Under the pieces are notes generated by a model. That model ran no database searches. It was given only the letters and a program-made list of their open reading frames with translations, and had not been told where the DNA came from. Positions 38,965-48,602 of a stretch of 64,000 nucleotides of DNA are shown piece by piece. Positions within the stretch are counted from its first letter, which is position 1. Every line of letters begins with the position of its first letter. The stretch covers positions 3,324 to 67,323 of the forward strand of contig SVQU01000008.1 in the NCBI GenBank assembly GCA_015065165.1, written 5' to 3'. The DNA comes from Oscillospiraceae bacterium. GTDB taxonomy: Bacteria > Bacillota > Clostridia > Oscillospirales > CAG-382. The translations under genes were made by a program, and so were the position numbers.

Positions 38965-39828
38965 ATGAGTTTTTCCCTTTACGAAAACGCACCCCTTGCC
39001 CCCTATTGCTCGATGAAGGTGGGCGGAAACGCAAAATATCTCGTTTTGCCGAAAAACGAAGCCGAGCTTTTAGAGGCTATGGGCAGTTTTTGTGCAAAAG
39101 GTGAAAAATATATTGTTGTGGGCAATTGCTCTAATTTGATATTCCCCGACGAGGGATATGACGGCGCAGTTATAATTACCACGTCTATGCGCGGAATTTC
39201 TATAAATGACGGAATTATCACCGCATATTGCGGAGAAACCCTCTCTACCTTGGCAAGGTTCGCCTGCGAAAATTCCTTAAGCGGTTTGGAGTTTTGCTAC
39301 GGTATCCCCGGCACTGTGGGCGGCGGTATTTATATGAACGCGGGGGCATACGGCGGTGAACTTTCAGACAGATTTATAAAAGGCACTTTTCTTAACGAAA
39401 GGCTCGAGAAAGTAACCCTTTCTGCCCAAGAGCTTGATTTCGGTTATCGCAAAAGCAGGCTTGAAAAGGAAGGCTTAATACTTATTTCGGCAGATTTTTC
39501 GGGCATTAGCGGAGATAAAGCGGAAATACGCGCCAAAATGGATGAGCTTATGGCAACCCGAAAAGCGAAGCAACCTTTGGAATTTCCCAGCTGCGGCAGT
39601 GCCTTTAAACGCCCCGAAGGGCATTTTGCGGGGGCGCTTATCGAGCAATGCGGCTTAAAGGGCTTTTCGGTGGGCGGAGCGCAGGTTTCGGAAAAGCACG
39701 CGGGATTTATTATAAACCGCAATAATGCAACCGCAACCGATGTGCTTGACCTTATGGAAAAGGTTAAGGAAATAGTATTGGATAAAACGGGCATAACCTT
39801 AGAGCCCGAGATAAGAGTGATAAGATAA
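38965..39828 (+). CDS. murB: UDP-N-acetylenolpyruvoylglucosamine reductase
   Basis: 287 aa with an FAD-binding N-terminus (VGGNAKYLV, VVGNCSNL), YGIPGTVGGGIYMNAGAYG and PSCGSAFKRP. Confidence 0.95.
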   Translation: MSFSLYENAPLAPYCSMKVGGNAKYLVLPKNEAELLEAMGSFCAKGEKYIVVGNCSNLIFPDEGYDGAVIITTSMRGISINDGIITAYCGETLSTLARFACENSLSGLEFCYGIPGTVGGGIYMNAGAYGGELSDRFIKGTFLNERLEKVTLSAQELDFGYRKSRLEKEGLILISADFSGISGDKAEIRAKMDELMATRKAKQPLEFPSCGSAFKRPEGHFAGALIEQCGLKGFSVGGAQVSEKHAGFIINRNNATATDVLDLMEKVKEIVLDKTGITLEPEIRVIR

Positions 39829-40508
39829 TGTCGTTTTCATCGGATATAAAGAATCAGATTTCAGAGGCAGAGCCTAAAAAAAGTTGCTGTAAAGAAAGCA
39901 TTGAGCGCGGAATTCGTTTGGAGGATTTCGAGGGAAAATGCGACAAGGATTTGGGTATGTATTTACGGGGCGTATTTTTGAAATACGGCGGAATAACCGC
40001 CCCCGGAAGAAATTTTATGCTTTCATTTTTACTGCCCGACGAGGCATCGGCAACAAAGCTTACGGAAATTTTAGAGGCGGCGGATTTACCTCCAAAGCGT
40101 TCAACCCGCCGAAACAAGCCCTTGCTTTATTATAAAGCCACCGAAAGCATCGAGGACCTGCTTTCCTACATCGGCGCAACAAAGGCTGCGCTTGATATAT
40201 TCAGCAAAAAGGTTTTAAGCGACGTGCGTAACAATATGAACCGATTGTGCAACGCAGAAACCGCCAACCAAGACCGTATTGCAAGGGCGGCGGCAGAGCA
40301 ACGAGAAGCAATAAAAATTATTGAAAAATACGGGGCATTGCAGAATCTCCCGTTTGAGCTGAGAGAATGTGCACAGTTACGTCTGGAAAACCCCGAAATG
40401 AGCCTTACCGAAATGCGAAATTTACTAACTAGTCCGGTTAGTAAATCGGGGCTTAATCACAGATTTAAAAAATTAATCGAAATTGCGGAAAGCTATAAGG
40501 AGCTATAA
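39828..40508 (+). CDS. whiA: WhiA-family DNA-binding protein, short form (226 aa)
   Basis: N-terminus MSFSSDIKNQISE...KKSCCKES. It has the central NRLCNAETANQDRIA motif and a C-terminal HTH, SLTEMRNLL...VSKSGLNHRFKKL. It lacks roughly 90 aa relative to about 315-aa WhiA proteins. Confidence 0.8.
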   Translation: MSFSSDIKNQISEAEPKKSCCKESIERGIRLEDFEGKCDKDLGMYLRGVFLKYGGITAPGRNFMLSFLLPDEASATKLTEILEAADLPPKRSTRRNKPLLYYKATESIEDLLSYIGATKAALDIFSKKVLSDVRNNMNRLCNAETANQDRIARAAAEQREAIKIIEKYGALQNLPFELRECAQLRLENPEMSLTEMRNLLTSPVSKSGLNHRFKKLIEIAESYKEL

Positions 40509-40540
40509 ACCGAGGAACTAAAAAAGAAAGGGGTATCGAT

Positions 40541-43500
40541 TTGGGCTTTGTTCATCTTCATCTTCACACCGAATACAGCCTGCTTGACGGCGAATGCCGT
40601 ATAAGCGAAATACCCCAAGCGGTTTTAAACGCGGGGCAACAGGCATGCGCCATCACCGACCACGGCGTTATGTACGGCGCGGTGGAATTCTTCAGAGCCT
40701 GCCAAAGCAAGGGCGTTAAGCCTATTATCGGCTGTGAGGTTTACGTTGCACCCAGAAGCATGGAGCAAAAGGACAGGCTTTTGGATTCGGACTATTCCCA
40801 CTTGGTTTTGCTGGCGAAGAATTCTATAGGCTACCGCAACCTTGTAAATATTGTTTCAAAGGCATTCACTGTGGGCTTTTACCAAAAACCCCGAACAGAT
40901 ATAGAAACGCTCACCAAATATTCCGAGGGGTTAATTGCCCTTTCGGGATGTATTTCGGGTTCTATCCCCAAGGCGATATTATCGGGAGATATGTCCCTTG
41001 CAAGAGAAAGAATTATTATATTTAACAACATCTTCGGCAAGGATAATTTCTATCTTGAGCTTCAGCGCCACGGCATTGAAGGGCAGGAGGAGGTTAACCG
41101 CGCCCTTATGCGCTTCTCCCGCGAGCTGTCCGTACCCGTGGTGGCTACCAACGACGTTCACTATACCACAAGGGCGGATGCGGAAATTCAAAAGCTTCTT
41201 ACGGCGATTTCCACGGGAAGCACCTTAGAGGACAGTAATTTCTCTATGGAGGGCAGCGAGCATTATATAAAATCCGAAGCCGAAATGAGAAATCTGTTTT
41301 TCGATATCCCCGAGGCAGTGGACAACACCGTTAAAATTGCGGATATGTGCGAATTTCAATTCGATTTCGAGAATATGCACTTGCCCGCTTACCGTCCTCC
41401 CCTGCCCTACAATTCCGAAAATTATTTGAAAAAGCTTTGCGGCGAGGGGTTGCAAAGGCTTTCGGATTTAGGCTTACTTTGCACCGACCTTGAAGAATAC
41501 AAAACCCGTTTGGATTATGAATTATCCATAATTCACAAAATGGGCTTTGACGATTATATGCTTATCACCTGGGATTTCGTTAACTATGCCAAAAAAAGGC
41601 AAATCCCCGTGGGCCCCGGCAGAGGCAGTGCGGTGGGAAGTCTTTGCACCTACGTTTTGGGCATAACTCAGGTTGACCCTATTAAATACGGCTTGCTTTT
41701 CGAAAGGTTTTTAAACCCCGAAAGAGTTAGTATGCCCGATATAGACATAGACTTTTGCGATGAACGCAGAGGCGAGGTTATAGATTACGTTACCGAAAAA
41801 TACGGCAAAGCCCACGTGGCGCAGATAATTACCTTTGGTACGCTTGCCTGCCGTCAGGCGGTGAGAGATGCGGGCAGAGCCTTGGGTATGAGCTATTCCG
41901 CTGTGGATGAAATTGCCAAGCTTTTGCCCAAATACAAGGGTGTTACCCTTGAATCGGCTTTAAAAGAAAACCCCGAATTCAAAAAGAGATACGACAGCGA
42001 CCCCTCCGCCAAAAAATTGATAGACAGCGCGATGAAGCTGGAGGGACGTCCCAGAAACTCCTCTACCCACGCCACGGGTGTGGTTATCACCGACGAGCCT
42101 ATCACCGATTATTTGCCCTTGGCGGTTAACGACGATACCACCGTAACCCAATTTACAATGAACACAGTTGCCGATTTGGGTTTGTTGAAAATAGATTTTC
42201 TTGGCTTGCGCTTTCTTTCTATCATTCAAGGAGCAGAAAAGCGCATTAAAGAGCACACCCCCGATTTTTCGGTGGAAAGATTGCCCTTTGACGATGAAAA
42301 AACCTTTGATTTACTTTCTGAGGGACGCGCCGTTGGCTTGTTCCAATTGGAAAGCGAGGGTATGCGAAGCCTCCTTACCAAGCTTAAGCCCAGGAATTTA
42401 GAGGATATAATTTCGGTCATTTCCCTTTACCGTCCCGGTCCCGCCCTTTCTATCGACGCATTTTTGAAAAACCGAATAAGACCCGAAACCATACAGTATG
42501 ACGACCCGCGTCTTAAGGATATTCTTGATACCACCTGCGGTGTTATGCTTTATCAAGAGCAGGTTATGCAGGTTTGCAGAAGTCTTGCGGGTTATTCCTA
42601 CGGGCGGGCGGATTTGGTTCGCCGCGCCATGGCGAAGAAAAAGCCCGAGGTTATGGAAAAGGAAAAGGATATTTTTATCTCGGGTGCTACCGAAAACGGC
42701 ATTGCCAAAGAAACCGCAGAAAAAATATTCGACCAAATGAGCGAATTTGCAAAATATGCATTTAACAAAAGCCACGCCGCCGCCTATGCGGTGGTTGCAT
42801 ACCGCACGGCTTATCTTAAATGCCATTATCCCAAGGAATATATGTGCTCGCTTTTAAACACGGTTATGAGCTATAACGAAAAGGTGGGCGAATATATTTC
42901 CGATTGTGCAAAAATGAACATCAAGCTTCTCCCACCCGATGTTAACCACAGCTTCGGCAGCTTTGCGGTGGAGGGAAACAACCTGCGTTTCGGTCTTGCG
43001 GCAATTAAAAACGTTGGCTTGCTGTTCGCCGAAAGAGTTATAAACGAAAGAACCCGCAAAAGGTTTTCAAGCATAGAGGATTTTCTTACCCGTTGCGGTG
43101 GTTTTGGCAGCGTTAAGGCGTTCGAATCGCTTATTTTGACAGGTGCGATGGATTGCTTTGGTCTAAGTCGAAGCCGTATGATGGCGGGCATTTCCGCCGC
43201 TTTGGAAACGGTTTCGTCAAACCGAAACCGCAATTCCGAGGGACAAATGAGTCTTTTCGGCGGAGACAGCGGAATGGGAGATGCTATTTTTGAATTTCCC
43301 GAATCCAATCTTCCCGAATTTGCCAAAAACGAAATGCTGTCATCCGAAAAGTCGATGACAGGGCTTTATTTTACAGGTCATCCCCTTGACGGATATGAGG
43401 ATATCGCGAAACAAATCGGCGCTATCGATACCGAAAAAATCAAGGAAAATCTCGAAAACGGAAGCTTAAACAAAAATTCTTTAATAAAATTTATCGGGTT

Positions 43501-44017
43501 GTTAACAAAAAAACGCTCAAAAACTACAAAAAAGAATGATATAATGGCTTTTGTTACCGCCGAGGATGAAAACGGCGAGGCAGAATTGGTTATATTCCCC
43601 TCTCTTTATGCCCAAAAGGGCGAAAGCATTAACGAAAACAGAGTTTACGTTTTCACGGGAAACCCCGAAATTAAAGAGGCATACGGCGAAGAAGGGGCGG
43701 ACAGCCTTACGATTTTGGTGAAATCGGTTTGCACCCCCGAGGAGGCTTTAAAGGAATTCTCGGCGAAAAGTAAGCCTATTGAACCCAAAGCCGAAGCCGA
43801 ACAATCGCTTTATATCAAGGTTACCGATGAAAACGAGTTCCGCTTGGATGATGCAATTGAATTTGCAGCACAAACCAAGGGCAACGCAAGAATTTTGGTA
43901 TATTTCGAAAAAGAAAAAAAGCTTAGACAAGCCAAGGGAAAAACAACGAAGATTTCCGAAAGGCTTATAAGCCAGCTTAAAGAAATTATGGGCAAGGAAA
44001 ACATTGCCGTTAAATAG
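40541..44017 (+). CDS. dnaE: DNA polymerase III alpha subunit DnaE
   Basis: 1158 aa with a TTG start, PHP domain (FVHLHLHTEYSLLDG), polymerase core (MPDIDIDF) and an OB-fold C-terminus. Confidence 0.97.
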   Translation: MGFVHLHLHTEYSLLDGECRISEIPQAVLNAGQQACAITDHGVMYGAVEFFRACQSKGVKPIIGCEVYVAPRSMEQKDRLLDSDYSHLVLLAKNSIGYRNLVNIVSKAFTVGFYQKPRTDIETLTKYSEGLIALSGCISGSIPKAILSGDMSLARERIIIFNNIFGKDNFYLELQRHGIEGQEEVNRALMRFSRELSVPVVATNDVHYTTRADAEIQKLLTAISTGSTLEDSNFSMEGSEHYIKSEAEMRNLFFDIPEAVDNTVKIADMCEFQFDFENMHLPAYRPPLPYNSENYLKKLCGEGLQRLSDLGLLCTDLEEYKTRLDYELSIIHKMGFDDYMLITWDFVNYAKKRQIPVGPGRGSAVGSLCTYVLGITQVDPIKYGLLFERFLNPERVSMPDIDIDFCDERRGEVIDYVTEKYGKAHVAQIITFGTLACRQAVRDAGRALGMSYSAVDEIAKLLPKYKGVTLESALKENPEFKKRYDSDPSAKKLIDSAMKLEGRPRNSSTHATGVVITDEPITDYLPLAVNDDTTVTQFTMNTVADLGLLKIDFLGLRFLSIIQGAEKRIKEHTPDFSVERLPFDDEKTFDLLSEGRAVGLFQLESEGMRSLLTKLKPRNLEDIISVISLYRPGPALSIDAFLKNRIRPETIQYDDPRLKDILDTTCGVMLYQEQVMQVCRSLAGYSYGRADLVRRAMAKKKPEVMEKEKDIFISGATENGIAKETAEKIFDQMSEFAKYAFNKSHAAAYAVVAYRTAYLKCHYPKEYMCSLLNTVMSYNEKVGEYISDCAKMNIKLLPPDVNHSFGSFAVEGNNLRFGLAAIKNVGLLFAERVINERTRKRFSSIEDFLTRCGGFGSVKAFESLILTGAMDCFGLSRSRMMAGISAALETVSSNRNRNSEGQMSLFGGDSGMGDAIFEFPESNLPEFAKNEMLSSEKSMTGLYFTGHPLDGYEDIAKQIGAIDTEKIKENLENGSLNKNSLIKFIGLLTKKRSKTTKKNDIMAFVTAEDENGEAELVIFPSLYAQKGESINENRVYVFTGNPEIKEAYGEEGADSLTILVKSVCTPEEALKEFSAKSKPIEPKAEAEQSLYIKVTDENEFRLDDAIEFAAQTKGNARILVYFEKEKKLRQAKGKTTKISERLISQLKEIMGKENIAVK

Positions 44018-44050
44018 ACATTGGCAAAAACCGAAAGGAGAATGCTGAAG

Positions 44051-46723
44051 ATGCAGGAAAACAATAATATACCCTCTGAAAACACTATGGATTTCCCCAC
44101 GGTAAATCAAGAGGAAAACAAAGGCGCCACAAAACAATTCGACGTTGTGGAGCCCGAAGAAACCGAGCTTGAAACCAAGCCGAAGAAAAAGAAAACCAAA
44201 ACCGCCAGAGCCGCAAAATTCGCCGCCTCGGGCGTGTTGTTCACGGTGAGAAAGATTTTAACCTATACCCTCAACGTGGTTTTGACTTTGCTTTTGGTGG
44301 GCATTATCACAGGCTGTACCGTTGGGCTTGCTTTTATCGTTTATATTAAAAACTACGTAGACCCTCATTACGACGGTTTGAGCAACCTAAAGTTCGACTC
44401 TGCCCAATCTACCACCATTTATTACAAAGACGACAAAGGCAAAGAGGTTATGTTAGAGGGGGACACTTTAAAATCCTCTGAAAACCGTCTTTGGGCGGAA
44501 TATGAGGATATTCCCCAGATGCTTATCGACGCCTATATCGCCGTGGAGGACCAGCGTTTTCTTTCCCACAACGGTGTTGATACAACAAGAACCGCATCGG
44601 CGATTTATAACTTCTTTATCCCCACAAGCTCTAACTACGGCGGCGGCTCGACAATTACCCAACAGCTTATTAAAAACGTTTCGGGTGATAACCAAACCAC
44701 TATTCAGCGAAAGGTTCAGGAAATTTTCCGCGCCTTCGACGTTGAAAGCAAATATACAAAATCCGAAATTCTGGAAATGTATCTGAACACCATTTACCTT
44801 TCCCACAATTCCTATGGCATACGTGTTGCCGCGCAAACCTATTTCGGCAAGGAGTTAGACGAGCTTACTCTTACCGAATGCGCCGCAATTGCATCTATCG
44901 GTAAATGGCCCATAAACTATGACCCTATCGTTAACCCACAGAACAATCTTGAAAGACGAAACCTTGTTTTAAAGCTTATGCTTGAGCAAGAAAAGATTAC
45001 CCAAGAGCAATTTAACGAAGCATACGATATCCCTCTTAAGCTGGCTGACGGTACGGAAGAAGAATATTCCGAAACCATCCACTCCTATTATATCGATGCG
45101 GTTATGGATGACGTTATTGCCGACCTTATGGAAAAATACGGTTATGACAAAACCACCGCATCCTATATGCTTTATTCCGGCGGCTTGGAGATTATCACCT
45201 GTATGGACCCTGTCATTCAGGAATGTGCCGAAAAGGTTTATACCGACAAAAACTATTGGCCCGAAAACAAGGGTATGCAAGCCCAATCGGCAATTTGCAT
45301 AATGGACCCCGCCAGCGGTGATATACTCGCCTTGGTGGGCGGCTTGGGCGAAAAGAAGGAAAGCCGCGGATTCAACCGCGCAACCCACGCCTACCGTCAA
45401 TGCGGTTCGTCCATAAAGCCTGTTTCGGTTTACGCTTTGGCGATAGAATCGGGTCTTTACAACGGCGGCGATTCGGTTGATGACGTCCCTCAGGGATATA
45501 ACCCCACCACGGGCGACCATTGGCCCTCCAACGCGGGCAGAAGCTATCGCGGCAGGGTTTCGCTGGACTATGCAATTCAGGCATCCCTTAACACCGTTGC
45601 GGTTTCTACCTGTAACACCCTGGGTGTTGACAGAGTTTTCGAAAACTTCAGGTCCTACGGATATACCACCCTTGTAGAATCCAAAACCCTAGATAACGGC
45701 ATGGTTGTTTCGGATAAGGGCGCATCCCCCTTGGCGTTGGGCGGTCTTACCTATGGCGTTACCGTCCGCGAGCATACCCAAGCCTATGCAACCCTTGCAA
45801 ACAGCGGTATCACCTCCAAGGCGAGAACCTATTCGTTAGTACGCGACAGCCGCGGAGTTGTTATCCTTGACAACCGCGAACAGCACGAGGTTAAATACAG
45901 CGAAAGCACCGCGGCGATAATGACCAACCTTTTAACCCACGTTGTCAGCGGCCCCAACGGTACTGCGAGAAATTACGTTAAAATCGACGATAATTTCGGC
46001 GTTCAGGTTGCGGCAAAAACGGGTACAACCAACGACAACCGCGACGTTTATTTCTGCGGTTATACCCCCGATTTGCTGGCAAGCGTTTGGTATGGCTATG
46101 ACAACAACAAAACCGTTTCCCACGGGAACGCGGCGACGGTATTGTGGGAATCTGTATTTAACGAAATCTATACCTATTACCGCGAAAACGGCATTGAGTT
46201 TAAACAAAACTTCTCTTATCCCGCCTCGGTGGTAACCGACGTGGAATATTGCACCGTTTCGGGCAAAATCCCCACGGAAGCCTGCAGAAAAGACCTTTAC
46301 CATATGCAGGGCGGTTCAAGCTGTATCGCAACGGGGGCATTTAACGTAAACAACGTCCCCACCGAATATTGCGACAGCCACGTTATGGTAAAATGGGATA
46401 AGCAAACAGGCGGTGTTTGTGTTGACGGCTGTGCCTGCCCCGATGGAAATATTATAAACGTAGGCTTGCGCCGAATGAGCTTTGAAGACCGTTATTTAGA
46501 CGGCAGAGCCTATATCGGCGACGCGCAATACGTTTATATGGACGTTCCCGCGGGTTACAAATACCCCACCGACCCCGACGTGCCCTTCTATCGCAATATG
46601 CTTAATGACGATACAAAATACGTGTTTGGTATTTCCACCAGCACAAGACCTGCCAACCGCGTTTGTACCGAGCATTATAATTTAATCCCCGAAACCCCCG
46701 AAACCTCGGAAATTACCCAATAA
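44051..46723 (+). CDS. Class A penicillin-binding protein (PBP1A-type transglycosylase/transpeptidase)
   Basis: TM anchor, GT51 motif EDQRFLSHNGVD, and transpeptidase motifs SSIKP, SLN and KTGTT. ATG 44051 lies 10 nt after GGAG (track start is 44021). Confidence 0.93.
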   Translation: MQENNNIPSENTMDFPTVNQEENKGATKQFDVVEPEETELETKPKKKKTKTARAAKFAASGVLFTVRKILTYTLNVVLTLLLVGIITGCTVGLAFIVYIKNYVDPHYDGLSNLKFDSAQSTTIYYKDDKGKEVMLEGDTLKSSENRLWAEYEDIPQMLIDAYIAVEDQRFLSHNGVDTTRTASAIYNFFIPTSSNYGGGSTITQQLIKNVSGDNQTTIQRKVQEIFRAFDVESKYTKSEILEMYLNTIYLSHNSYGIRVAAQTYFGKELDELTLTECAAIASIGKWPINYDPIVNPQNNLERRNLVLKLMLEQEKITQEQFNEAYDIPLKLADGTEEEYSETIHSYYIDAVMDDVIADLMEKYGYDKTTASYMLYSGGLEIITCMDPVIQECAEKVYTDKNYWPENKGMQAQSAICIMDPASGDILALVGGLGEKKESRGFNRATHAYRQCGSSIKPVSVYALAIESGLYNGGDSVDDVPQGYNPTTGDHWPSNAGRSYRGRVSLDYAIQASLNTVAVSTCNTLGVDRVFENFRSYGYTTLVESKTLDNGMVVSDKGASPLALGGLTYGVTVREHTQAYATLANSGITSKARTYSLVRDSRGVVILDNREQHEVKYSESTAAIMTNLLTHVVSGPNGTARNYVKIDDNFGVQVAAKTGTTNDNRDVYFCGYTPDLLASVWYGYDNNKTVSHGNAATVLWESVFNEIYTYYRENGIEFKQNFSYPASVVTDVEYCTVSGKIPTEACRKDLYHMQGGSSCIATGAFNVNNVPTEYCDSHVMVKWDKQTGGVCVDGCACPDGNIINVGLRRMSFEDRYLDGRAYIGDAQYVYMDVPAGYKYPTDPDVPFYRNMLNDDTKYVFGISTSTRPANRVCTEHYNLIPETPETSEITQ

Positions 46724-46740
46724 CCCTTGAAAAACCAAGA

Positions 46741-46780
46741 AAATACCCAAGTTGTTAATAACGATAACTTGGGTATTTTT
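46741..46780 (+). terminator. Intrinsic terminator after the PBP gene (left edge of the AT-rich island)
   Basis: 13-bp perfect stem AAATACCCAAGTT / AACTTGGGTATTT running into a T-run. Confidence 0.85.
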
Positions 46781-46815
46781 GGTTGTGAAAAAAATTTTTT
46801 AAAAAATTTTTCAAC

Positions 46816-46856
46816 TTTTTTATAGAGGTTTTGCCGTTTTTCGACATTTATATATA
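46816..46856 (+). promoter_or_regulatory. Promoter-like 41-nt motif, copy 1, upstream of the sigma-factor gene
   Basis: TTTTTTATAGAGGTTTTGCCGTTTTTCGACATTTATATATA, about 48 nt before the GTG start. It matches copy 2 at 35 of 41 positions by hand alignment, including an uninterrupted 20-nt block. Confidence 0.5.
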
Positions 46857-46903
46857 GATGCAGTATTTATATATAGAAAATACTTTAAAGGAGGTAACGT
46901 GCT

Positions 46904-47410
46904 GTGAATAACGACGTGGACAAAGTGTCTTTAACCAAAGAAGACGCGTTGTTTATTGCAAAATTGATAGAAGAAAACAAAACGCATATAAAAAACGTTG
47001 TTTATAGCACGTTGGGAACCACCTATCACTATCTTGCCAACGATACCATAAGCGAGCTTTATTTACTTTTGTGCGAAAAGGTGGAAATTTTAAAAACCCA
47101 TTCCGCCCCGGACGCTTGGATATTGGTTGCGGCAAAACGCACTGCCCTGGGGATGATGGCGAAGCACCGAAAGGATTTGTTAACCGTCCCGTTGGTAGAA
47201 GCCGTTAACAAAGGCAACGATTCTGACGTTTGCGATACGGCATTGTACGAAGTTTGGCTGGAAAACAACGTCCCCGCAAGGCTTATTGCCAGACTAACCA
47301 AGCGGGAACAGGAAGTTTATCACAAAATTTATATCGAGGGCAAAAAGGCAACGGAGGTTGCAAAAGAACTGAATGTTTCGGCAAGCACCGTACATAATAT
47401 ATGCATTTAG
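46904..47410 (+). CDS. Sigma-70-family (ECF-like) RNA polymerase sigma factor, C-terminus cut off inside region 4.2
   Basis: GTG start 9 nt after AAAGGAGG. Region 2-like DAWILVAAKRTAL. The region 4 HTH, LTKREQEVYHKIYIEGKKATEVAKELNVSASTVHNI, is followed by only CI-stop. The sense reading is lost after 47401. Confidence 0.75.
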   Translation: MNNDVDKVSLTKEDALFIAKLIEENKTHIKNVVYSTLGTTYHYLANDTISELYLLLCEKVEILKTHSAPDAWILVAAKRTALGMMAKHRKDLLTVPLVEAVNKGNDSDVCDTALYEVWLENNVPARLIARLTKREQEVYHKIYIEGKKATEVAKELNVSASTVHNICI

Positions 47411-47842
47411 CGTTACTTTGCTTATGAAATCATATTCAGCAAATAAAGCCTTTACTTCTTCGGGAGTATAGAAGTTTGCGGTTGTTATGGTGTAATCATA
47501 TTTATTGGGTTCGTATTTCAATAATTCGGGATATACAACTTGTGCACAGTTAATATTCAAAATTTCTACGCCGAGGAAGTCTGCCAATTCGCCATCCTTA
47601 TATTCGGAAATATCTAACTCTTTATTCGAAACGAATAATATTTGGTTTGGAATGCATCTGTTTTCATCAAGATAATATAAAGGAGTACGCCAACCGTCTT
47701 TTAGATAGTACTCGATAGCGTAACCATATTCTTTTGCGATTTCTTCGTTAGGTGTTAAAGATTTCAACGTTGCGGCATTAGTTGTGATACAGCAAGCCGT
47801 AAGCATAATAAGCGCGCATAATAAAGCAATCATTTTTTTCAT
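47294..47842 (-). CDS. Secreted or lipoprotein-like protein. The native part is 47402..47842. The last 35 codons are antisense read-through of the sigma gene
   Basis: Signal peptide MKKMIALLCALIMLTAC (possible lipobox LTAC). Plausible sequence runs up to ...AEYDFISKVTLNA. Beyond that comes a Cys/Phe-rich nonsense-like tail that overlaps the sigma ORF by 117 nt. Confidence 0.6.
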   Translation of the reverse strand: MKKMIALLCALIMLTACCITTNAATLKSLTPNEEIAKEYGYAIEYYLKDGWRTPLYYLDENRCIPNQILFVSNKELDISEYKDGELADFLGVEILNINCAQVVYPELLKYEPNKYDYTITTANFYTPEEVKALFAEYDFISKVTLNAYIMYGACRNIQFFCNLRCLFALDINFVINFLFPLG

Positions 47843-47948
47843 AGTTAAATTCCTTTCTTAGATATATTCTCTAATATAAATATATGTCTAAATATTTTGT
47901 TTGATGAATTTTAAAAATAGTATTTATATGTTATTTTGTATATGTTTT

Positions 47949-48408
47949 TTAGATGGGAGGGAAATAGCAGGTTGAGTAATAGAAGCCCAAAATCATATCC
48001 ACGTCGGTGGTGTCAACAACGTTATCTTTGTTAACGTCAGCGGCATAAAGCTGGTCTGCGGTAGCGGTCATTGTTCCGTTTGCAATACGTTGTGCAAACA
48101 TTTTGTCCATAGATGTTATTTCACCGTCGCCGGTTACGTCGCCCTTGCTGTATGCTACTCTCTCTTCAGCATATAACGCATGCATCAACGTCCAAAACTT
48201 GGTCTACGTTGGCAATAATCTGGTTGATAACCATGTTGTTTGCATCTAAAATGTATTCTTCGCCTGGAGCAATAACCATTGTGCGGTAATCGGGGTTTGC
48301 CGCGAGGATTCTGGCGGTTTGGCTTGCAGGCTCTGCCGAGATTGAGTTAACACCAAAGGTGCAAACCAATAAACCTAAAACGAGGATTAATGAAAGCAAT
48401 TTTTTCAT
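47949..48408 (-). pseudogene. Frameshifted gene for a small secreted dockerin protein (ORFs 48166..48408 plus 47949..48188)
   Basis: The upstream ORF has a signal peptide (MKKLLSLILVLGLLVCTFGVNSISA). The downstream ORF, in another frame, encodes a full dockerin (GDVTGDGEITSMD...ADVNKDNVVDTTDVDMILG). The ORFs overlap by 23 nt, and the frame switch must lie between about 48170 and 48205. Confidence 0.65.
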
Positions 48409-48561
48409 AATTTGATTTCCTTTCTTTTTTGTTTCTTTGTTTTTGTTGTTTTTCGGACGTTTTTTATTTTGCCCCTCGTCCGTTTGTGGGCAATATATAA
48501 TTAATGTCGGTTTCTATATTACCCCTCCTAACTTGTTTTTGCTGGGGTTTCTTGCCCCTTC

Positions 48562-48602
48562 ACTATATAAATGTTAAAAAGTGGCAAAACCTCTATAAAA
48601 AA
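48562..48602 (-). promoter_or_regulatory. Promoter-like 41-nt motif, copy 2, upstream of the frameshifted dockerin gene
   Basis: Reverse strand reads TTTTTTATAGAGGTTTTGCCACTTTTTAACATTTATATAGT. It lies directly after the terminator of the preceding minus-strand operon and about 155 nt before the ATG at 48408. Confidence 0.5.
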
